A stretch of DNA of 64,000 nucleotides from a virus: positions 1 to 64,000 of the IMG/VR virus record IMGVR_UViG_3300002141_000156; one strand, 5' to 3'. Shown piece by piece: positions 57,701-64,000 of the stretch. Made by a program: the position numbers and the translations under genes. Numbering within the stretch: position 1 is the stretch's first letter; each line of letters starts with the position of its first letter. The notes under the pieces are model-generated. The model saw only the letters and a list, made by a program, of their open reading frames with translations. It was not told where the DNA came from and searched no databases.

Positions 57701-60350
57701 CGAATATACAATAAAAACAAAATATGTAAATGGATTAACACAAACGGAATATGATTTCTATAAAGAAAATGAAAGTATTGATTTTGCACTACGTTCAAAA
57801 ATTATTCCATATATTACAAAATGGGGAATAAAAAATGGACTTGATTCTAGAGATAATCCCTATCGATTAAATACAGAAATTGTATTTGGTAGAAATAATT
57901 TTTCACCAGACCATACTGATCGTTCACAAAACCCAAATAATTTTACCCATGAATGGTTCTATATTGAGAGTCGATTTAACTATTTAGATACGCTAGAGAC
58001 AGCTAAGCAGAATAATTACTATTTTGACAAGCCACTAGATATCACAAAATTACTTAGTGACCCAAATTATTTTATTGAATATTTTACATATACTCCAAAA
58101 TTTGGAACAGATGTAAATGGAGAGGACTTAGATGTTGCACCTACTCAATTTAGATACTCAGAAGTATTTAAGAATATTGCAGGACAATACGAAGCTTTTT
58201 TCAAAGGATTTAAGTTAATATTCAATAATGTAAATAATTCAACAGTGTTTGGAGCAGACGGTAAGCCTGCGGTAAATGACTCTACTTCTAGATTTGATGA
58301 TTATAAATTTAGCTGCGTCTTAAAACCAGTAAAAGAAGATTTCTTTAATCGAGATCAGCCGCCAATCCGATTTAGATTTATTGAGCATACTGACTATAAA
58401 TTTATAACCCTAGTTATTGAGCTTGCAATTGGGTCAATTGATCAAATTAATTCATTTTGGAAACAATTGGGTTCACCGACTGGACTATCCAGTGCAGACC
58501 CATTAGTTGTTCCAGTTAGTGAAAAATTTTATACAGAGCCAGATCCATCCTTTGGTACAGATCTTCCATTTGAGACAATATATGGAGATTATCGAATTCA
58601 ATTTGAACAAGTAGATGGTGTTGATGTATCAAACTTAAATCATACTCTACTCTATTCTCTAAAGAATAAAAAATATAATTCTAGACTTGATAATTTCTCA
58701 AATATAAAATTATCATCACAACTTGCAATTTCAGTTGCTGGTACAAATGGCGTTAACTTTGTTGGCAGTACGCCAGATTCAGGAACAATTAGATCACAAG
58801 AGATTGCAAGCATTTCAAATTATCCGGAATCACCAGTAGATGAATTTACACCAACCAGTAACTTAGGGTTAGTTTCAATGCGTGACTCTTTATCTGGACT
58901 ATTTTATATTATTGACCAGACAGATTCAGCATCTATTGCACTAAACTCAAATCCAATAGATCTTGCAAGCGATAATAGTTTTAATTTTAGTCTTGATGAT
59001 ATTCCATTGGTAAATCTAAGTTTAGTAACTCCAATTGTCTTATCGCCGTTTACCTCAATTTTCCTAAATTTACCATTACCTTCTGGATTTACCACAGTTA
59101 TCAAAAATCGTTTCACTTTCTTTGTGATTGGTGGAGGTAAAAATTATTTTGAAAAGCTATTACAAAAACTATCTTTTTCTAAATTTAAACAATATCTAAA
59201 TACTCTTGACCCAATTATTGAATTTGAATCATATTCACTAGATATAAATGGAGTAAGTCAATTATCTACTGATCCTAAATTCTATTTAGAGATTCCAGAT
59301 GTAGCAACTGTTGAAAATATTAGTCAAATTATTATTAACTCAGATATTGATGTGCCACCTCAATTCTCATTTAATAATGAAATCGGATATCAATATGAAC
59401 AAGCAAAATTGAATAATGTTATTGAGCTAAATCGTTATCCTGGTGGATATGAGCCAATTACACAAGACGTATTGTATTGCAAATCGAATTTTAAATTCTT
59501 TAAGAATAAAATAAATGATCTACCGTTGAGTAATACTCGATTAAATACACAAATCGATAATCTATTAACGATCACTAATTTTAATCATATCAAAGTAGCT
59601 AACACCAAGATACTTGATCTTGAATCTGATCCTGCGTATCTTCCAATTTATCCAAAAATTGGTGAAGTCGCAATTGGTCAAGCTCCACATTTTCTACTAA
59701 ATAGTAACTGGGATTGGGGATTCCATCACCGATATTCTAATAAAACTGAATATTCTGCAGCATCTGGTGCAGTTCGAGTAGAAGAAGATGAAAATTTCCT
59801 AGGTAAAATATTAACTGTTCCTGAAACAATATACCTTACTCAGTTCAATATGGTGATGCTAACCGATAACCAAAAGCTATCTGAGGTTGATCTTACTCAA
59901 ATTGAAATTGTTGCAAAGGAGGGAACCGCAAGTCTTGATGGATTTATTAATTTAAACAACGCAATCACTAGTTATCTTATTGCTGATGGAATCGAACAGA
60001 AATTCAATGATTACCTAGTAAATTCAAGTGAGTTTATTGGAAATTATACCACGATTAAAGAATATGTTAAGGATTATATAAAATTAAATATTCTTAAATT
60101 ATACAATACTGACACCCTTGAATTCTTTAGTAAAAGAAATGCGAGCCTTTTTTCAACAACTCAAGTACAAAATTCAAATCCAATTTCATTTGTATTCTTA
60201 GATGATACTCAGCGTAAAGCTTTAGGTTACTCAGAATTCAAAAATGTGCAAATAAATAAAACAGACAGATTAATATTAAGCTTCAGCATACCAAAATCAA
60301 CGGCAGCTGGACAAGATATCAGTCCGAAGATAAAAATTAAATTCATCTAA
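54744..60350 (+). CDS. very large putative baseplate/tail protein
   Basis: 1868-aa ORF, co-transcribed with structural genes. Confidence 0.6.
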   Translation: MAKDLIYTKPLSADSSFQLVRTNPKLTGNVKITINEAGDMWLDSIKANLELAKDDYSRFPIDTTQSLAGNMYKFFKNGETPNEIIFGLTEKVETTKTSKDFKDQYDFSNYFSGIKYFPSNKYDERLSYFAPLYLKPEIPNYFVILKIKDPLNSKIDLSKQNFETGQSKSEFIIDLFKTATIIKTFDLSENSKPGKYIRSYINSTNFPVSPLSVSFSEDNFTMWNGIVVGSGILGSKGELLYDQYKQSTPLKFFEENITGGFERNGVIFPNILNLDFIFTDDTSDNYEFNRYLGLYVDTLELSKLDIDLARLYDERRTWPNTPLTNKLYLESDDTTIVQSNSAGVVIPYNNIDFNMAEFEDIFSDSESLYFNYLTDRDGKLHLPKLEQPYAVNYSEKVFIELTCDGTTATAISNIPHGFNTDDLVQITDTLTGLTGSYFVTKISDSQFTYLNTTSTLLVFGFAAKDIGAGVLTLSDAKFDFARLFGPSHDLFLQDTGFASQSAGFSHSVITINSNLGQLDEIRLYHPNGTNVDTNGKYDYYTAAVGYSLTPNPGDFYSYIDYDNVVGHDVFYFNAVGLKNEIAKALAGAINITRNRTFTAYAFNEYVFIKCNVAGEFDQIHQLSFSSPTAQYSVIDLDETSGTTLVGTMFQFNGGSKVTGNRLIVDREHMDKINQEINNILIKTGAGWSKIKKTSGYIDLVTEENSVTETKITSALSAYFNKCAIVLEDAEAPSIAYTEFIMRKKFRPAFGLLSLFPIKDISFDFYSSDYLNFPEIDFYQYYYIPEGLALLTPKRDSADVKYTRYSVINNGTAKIEDPATQATSTTSILLSSLIVGGSITLNVGTLVTYGFDTGSQDHLQQVKIEYDADNYFIAQVDTPVGYDSLTGNLSLIVLSLKSNILTSLSSWNIYQVALPGTQSDPIIEFTVTQPCHYSNYIGAPIISQTTKFTLGDVTMCPIKDENSELRNFAGFSILKDPTKVVAADASDEYTIKTKYVNGLTQTEYDFYKENESIDFALRSKIIPYITKWGIKNGLDSRDNPYRLNTEIVFGRNNFSPDHTDRSQNPNNFTHEWFYIESRFNYLDTLETAKQNNYYFDKPLDITKLLSDPNYFIEYFTYTPKFGTDVNGEDLDVAPTQFRYSEVFKNIAGQYEAFFKGFKLIFNNVNNSTVFGADGKPAVNDSTSRFDDYKFSCVLKPVKEDFFNRDQPPIRFRFIEHTDYKFITLVIELAIGSIDQINSFWKQLGSPTGLSSADPLVVPVSEKFYTEPDPSFGTDLPFETIYGDYRIQFEQVDGVDVSNLNHTLLYSLKNKKYNSRLDNFSNIKLSSQLAISVAGTNGVNFVGSTPDSGTIRSQEIASISNYPESPVDEFTPTSNLGLVSMRDSLSGLFYIIDQTDSASIALNSNPIDLASDNSFNFSLDDIPLVNLSLVTPIVLSPFTSIFLNLPLPSGFTTVIKNRFTFFVIGGGKNYFEKLLQKLSFSKFKQYLNTLDPIIEFESYSLDINGVSQLSTDPKFYLEIPDVATVENISQIIINSDIDVPPQFSFNNEIGYQYEQAKLNNVIELNRYPGGYEPITQDVLYCKSNFKFFKNKINDLPLSNTRLNTQIDNLLTITNFNHIKVANTKILDLESDPAYLPIYPKIGEVAIGQAPHFLLNSNWDWGFHHRYSNKTEYSAASGAVRVEEDENFLGKILTVPETIYLTQFNMVMLTDNQKLSEVDLTQIEIVAKEGTASLDGFINLNNAITSYLIADGIEQKFNDYLVNSSEFIGNYTTIKEYVKDYIKLNILKLYNTDTLEFFSKRNASLFSTTQVQNSNPISFVFLDDTQRKALGYSEFKNVQINKTDRLILSFSIPKSTAAGQDISPKIKIKFI

Positions 60351-60352
60351 AG

Positions 60353-63300
60353 ATGCCAATTCGAATTAATTTAAAGGAACTCTTTCCAGCAGATGCTCAG
60401 GAAATTTCAATTGACAAAATAAACTTCAACTTTAATAAGTTATTAGAGTTAGGTATTGGAGAGCAGGGATTACGAGGCTTCCTTGGTAATCAAGGCTCGG
60501 CTGGTCCAGGCGGTATTCAGGGTCCAACTGGAACTCGAGGAACTATTTGGTTTGTCGGCTCCGGTAATCCTACCCTGGTTGATGATCCAAATAGCCCAGA
60601 AGATTTATTACCTGGCGATTTGTATTTAGATGCAGTATCCTTTTCAGTATGGCAATGGGATGGAACCTCCTGGAACTTCTTATTTAATTTAACTGTAATT
60701 ATTAATAATTACCTAACTGCGTCGCCTTCCCCATTCACTAGAGGATTAGGAATTGGTTCTCCAAACGATGATCGATTTATTCTATTCAATCACCGGTCAG
60801 ACAATATAACTGACGTAACTCTTGGTGGAGTTGGCGGAAATATCGCAAATAATGATATACTCTTCTTAAATAACTTTGATGAAGATACCATGGCTGCACT
60901 AATTCCTCCAGGATTTACATATGGTCCTGCAGAAACACCAGTTCTGTCACAAATTGATACCGAGACTCTCTATAATTCACTATTTTCAATCTATGTGGAC
61001 CACAGATTTAGCACAATCGGCCGCTATCACCTAGAATTAGGTGATCTATATGAAGATGCTGCCGTTCCTGATCCAAATCCAATCTTAACCACGGTTTATG
61101 AAAACTATAAGATGCGATATGTTCGAGTAATTCCACCAAGTGGAGTATATGCAGATCACTACAATATTGCACAATTTTCACTTGATATACCAGATGGAGC
61201 CGGGGCACTTAATCGCGATTTTAGTGGAGTATTTGAATTTACCACACCAAACTATAATGCAGTAGATTCAATAACTGAATCAGCTCACGTATATATTGGT
61301 TCGAAATATGGTCTCGATGAAATTATTACTACTGCTGGGTCAAATTTAGCAGACGGTATCCTATTTTATTCAGGAAATGGTGGAATAACTGGTGCAAATA
61401 TTGGACTTGCTAAAAACTACGAAATTACAAATCTTCCACCTGAGACAGGCTACGTACTGAACGATCCAGCAACACAGTCGTACTTTATGTTAACTCCTGC
61501 CGCCGGTCTTGCTGGGATCTACCTAAATGATAGTGTTTTACAAAATAGTGGAAATATTATTCAATTAGCAACGACTGAGCCTCGCATAGTTGATACTGAG
61601 TGGGCCGCACAAAATTCGCCAACCTCTTTTCTAGGCAATATGGGAATTGCTCGAGACGGAAACATGATTTATACTGTTTCGGGAAACCTAGATCCAATCG
61701 ATCTAGCCACGGGAGCCGGTTATTTTAATAAGTTTACGATAGAGAATCCAAATAACCCAATTTCAGAAGTTTCTCTTAAGCACTTTGGACAAACATATAG
61801 CTCAAGTGCTTCGCCGGTAAGTTGCGCTGACTCATATGGTGGTGCCGGCAGACCAATTGGAGCGGGTGCAGCAGATATTGCAATCGCTGGAAAATATATG
61901 TATATTGTACATAGTCAAAACAACGCCTATACTCTAAATGCTAGCAGTAGCGGCAACCAGTGGTATCGAACATATTTTCAAATATGCGAACTTGATGATT
62001 ACTATGAGACTGCTCCCCGTCGAATTGCTAGATTTGGATACGCTGCAGATGATGATTATCCAGCATTAAATAGTTTATATCGTGTACAAATTGTTGCTAA
62101 TCATGCAGTAGTTGCATCAAATGCGCTGGATCATATTGATCTCGCCACGTTTAATTTGCAATCACTTGGCGGAGTAGCAACAATTAATATTGTAGACCCC
62201 GACAATTTATCTATATCAGATTCAGCGGTCCCAGAATTATTTGAAACTCCAAGTGCAATTGGGATATATGTAGATAATGCAATATTGGATATGGATATTG
62301 TTGATGATAAGGTTATTACTCTAACCTGGCAACAAAATGCTGGACCCGAATCTGTTCTGACTGATTATCAAGTAAGAGTTGATGTATTTAGTTTAAATAG
62401 TAATTCCGGCGACATTGCGTGGAGCGGACTCGGCCAATCAAACGTTGCTTCTGAACTGGCGATGAATCGTGCTGCATATGACGCGAAATCTAAACATGGT
62501 GCGATTGTTGCAAATAAAAAATATATTTATGCTGGATATGAAGATACTGTAACAATATTTGATCTAGCCTGGCCAACGCCTGCCGGCGACCCATTCGGTT
62601 TTGATCCAAACGATCCATGTCGAAATGTCTATGGTAAAATAACAGACTTGGTTTTAAGTTGTGGTGGCGGCGGAGGTGTTGCTATTGAGTTTAACATATA
62701 TGACATGGAACAGCTAGGAAATAGTTTATATGTTCTAGCAGTTGATTCAACTGGGACTACTTCATATGTATTTAAAGTTGATGTTTCTGGTGGATTAGAT
62801 ACAACGACTGATACCTGGTCAGCAGGCAGCCCACCGACTCAAGTATATTGTAAGGATTTAGAGCAACTGGCTTCAAGATTCTTAGTTGTTGGAAAGCATA
62901 TTTATGCTGCACTACATACTGATGACGCAGAGGAGAAGCCATCGCTACTTGCCGTTGATTTTGATGGAATTTATACCGGCGGTGCACATATCGAATCACT
63001 ACGTGCAGATCAGCTTGATGTGACTCAAGCTGCAAATATTGGAGGTGCACTAAACGTTAGCGGATCCCTGGAAGTCGGCGGTAGTGTATTTGCTAATGGT
63101 CGCTTTGCTGGACAAGGAGCTACGCCGATTGGCATGGTTACACCTTTTGCTGGAACCACTGCACCGAATGGCTGGTTATTATGTGATGGGGCAGCAAAGA
63201 GTAGAACTACTTACTCTGAATTATTTGCTGTAATTGGATTCGATTATGAATTTCCAGCACCAGGTCCAACTACCTTTACCGTACCTGATTTAAAACAGCG

Positions 63301-63430
63301 TGTTCCTGTAGGATATGACGCAACGCTTCCTCCATTTGATGTGATTGGCGATGTAATAGCCATGCATCTTACAGGACCTGACGCTCCAGAATTCATGGTT
63401 ATGAATTATATTATATACGCTGGAGTTTAA
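60353..63430 (+). CDS. tail fibre protein with collagen segment, beta-propeller-like repeats and C-terminal tail collar domain
   Basis: KINFNF, GEQGLRGFLGNQGSAGPGGIQGPTGTRG, LVIVD-like strands, PIGMVTPFAG..APNGWLLCDG...Y.ELFAVIG...PDL..RVPVG. Confidence 0.8.
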   Translation: MPIRINLKELFPADAQEISIDKINFNFNKLLELGIGEQGLRGFLGNQGSAGPGGIQGPTGTRGTIWFVGSGNPTLVDDPNSPEDLLPGDLYLDAVSFSVWQWDGTSWNFLFNLTVIINNYLTASPSPFTRGLGIGSPNDDRFILFNHRSDNITDVTLGGVGGNIANNDILFLNNFDEDTMAALIPPGFTYGPAETPVLSQIDTETLYNSLFSIYVDHRFSTIGRYHLELGDLYEDAAVPDPNPILTTVYENYKMRYVRVIPPSGVYADHYNIAQFSLDIPDGAGALNRDFSGVFEFTTPNYNAVDSITESAHVYIGSKYGLDEIITTAGSNLADGILFYSGNGGITGANIGLAKNYEITNLPPETGYVLNDPATQSYFMLTPAAGLAGIYLNDSVLQNSGNIIQLATTEPRIVDTEWAAQNSPTSFLGNMGIARDGNMIYTVSGNLDPIDLATGAGYFNKFTIENPNNPISEVSLKHFGQTYSSSASPVSCADSYGGAGRPIGAGAADIAIAGKYMYIVHSQNNAYTLNASSSGNQWYRTYFQICELDDYYETAPRRIARFGYAADDDYPALNSLYRVQIVANHAVVASNALDHIDLATFNLQSLGGVATINIVDPDNLSISDSAVPELFETPSAIGIYVDNAILDMDIVDDKVITLTWQQNAGPESVLTDYQVRVDVFSLNSNSGDIAWSGLGQSNVASELAMNRAAYDAKSKHGAIVANKKYIYAGYEDTVTIFDLAWPTPAGDPFGFDPNDPCRNVYGKITDLVLSCGGGGGVAIEFNIYDMEQLGNSLYVLAVDSTGTTSYVFKVDVSGGLDTTTDTWSAGSPPTQVYCKDLEQLASRFLVVGKHIYAALHTDDAEEKPSLLAVDFDGIYTGGAHIESLRADQLDVTQAANIGGALNVSGSLEVGGSVFANGRFAGQGATPIGMVTPFAGTTAPNGWLLCDGAAKSRTTYSELFAVIGFDYEFPAPGPTTFTVPDLKQRVPVGYDATLPPFDVIGDVIAMHLTGPDAPEFMVMNYIIYAGV

Positions 63431-63436
63431 CCTACG

Positions 63437-64000
63437 TTATATAAGCGTACCGGTTCCCTGATCAGTAACTTTTGCGGCCAGCTTTCTAAAAAGATCGCGG
63501 CCACCCTTATGTATACGAGGTTCAAAGAATCTCAACACATCCATTAGGCCTGCAGAGTTCTTAAGTTTAAGAATTTTAGGGTCAACCGTTGCAATGTCTT
63601 GCTGCACAGAGTCAACATATACATTTACAAAAAATTCACCGAATTTTGTATCAATATATTCAACGAATTTGCGATCTTCGATTTCGGAAAGGATAATTTC
63701 ATAATACTCTTCTGGATAAAATTCCATCGCACGTTGTGCCCATAGATATCCACTATGTCCATGTAATTCTTCTTGGCTTTTAAATTTACTACGTTCACCA
63801 GCAATTGCCTTTATTTCAGTTGGTGTTAAGACATAAAGAAGATCAAAAAACAGTTTTAGCGCAGGAGATTTCATCAAGTATGGATATGCCTCTGCAGCAT
63901 ACTGGGTCGTCATACCAAGACGATAGTCTTTAAAGAAATTTGGATCTTTATAATCATTGTATGCATGCATCAATTCATGATTTAAAATATCGTCCAAATA
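63437..64000 (-). CDS. partial HExxH metallopeptidase-like protein; start probably beyond the window
   Basis: LNHELMHAY followed by TEIKA, similar to 23558-24307. Confidence 0.55.
   Translation of the reverse strand, partial: YLDDILNHELMHAYNDYKDPNFFKDYRLGMTTQYAAEAYPYLMKSPALKLFFDLLYVLTPTEIKAIAGERSKFKSQEELHGHSGYLWAQRAMEFYPEEYYEIILSEIEDRKFVEYIDTKFGEFFVNVYVDSVQQDIATVDPKILKLKNSAGLMDVLRFFEPRIHKGGRDLFRKLAAKVTDQGTGTLI

Overview
This window is 64 kb of an AT-rich, T4-superfamily-like jumbo myophage genome in the standard genetic code. The host is probably Bacteroidota (inferred from A-rich leaders lacking Shine-Dalgarno sites, an Hc1-like protein and host-like accessory genes). Layout: (1) 1-3.4 kb, collagen-repeat and tail-accessory genes plus an amidase; (2) 3.4-33.9 kb, a mostly minus-strand replication/recombination block (GT2, gp46/gp47, gp41 helicase, UvsX/RecA, PolB N-half, dUTPase, GroES, RNase H, gp32, Hc1-like, ribosomal S1-like, GroEL, nucleases) interrupted by a lone plus-strand tail sheath gene; (3) 34-43.6 kb, a variable array of small ORFs including a ferredoxin, an orphan ABC membrane domain, a metallophosphoesterase and UvsE; (4) after a divergent intergenic region, a RuvC-like resolvase, gp55 late sigma factor and very large baseplate/tail-fibre genes. 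Main findings: uvsX/recA is fractured by a naturally split intein, with a free-standing PD-(D/E)XK endonuclease carrying its own late-promoter motif between the halves; the B-family polymerase stops before motif B and its other half is not in the window; small genes at 39.8-42.7 kb are bracketed by 19-41 bp direct repeats and built from shared peptide modules; two promoter-like motif classes sort genes by function. All calls come from reading motifs by eye; no database searches were run.
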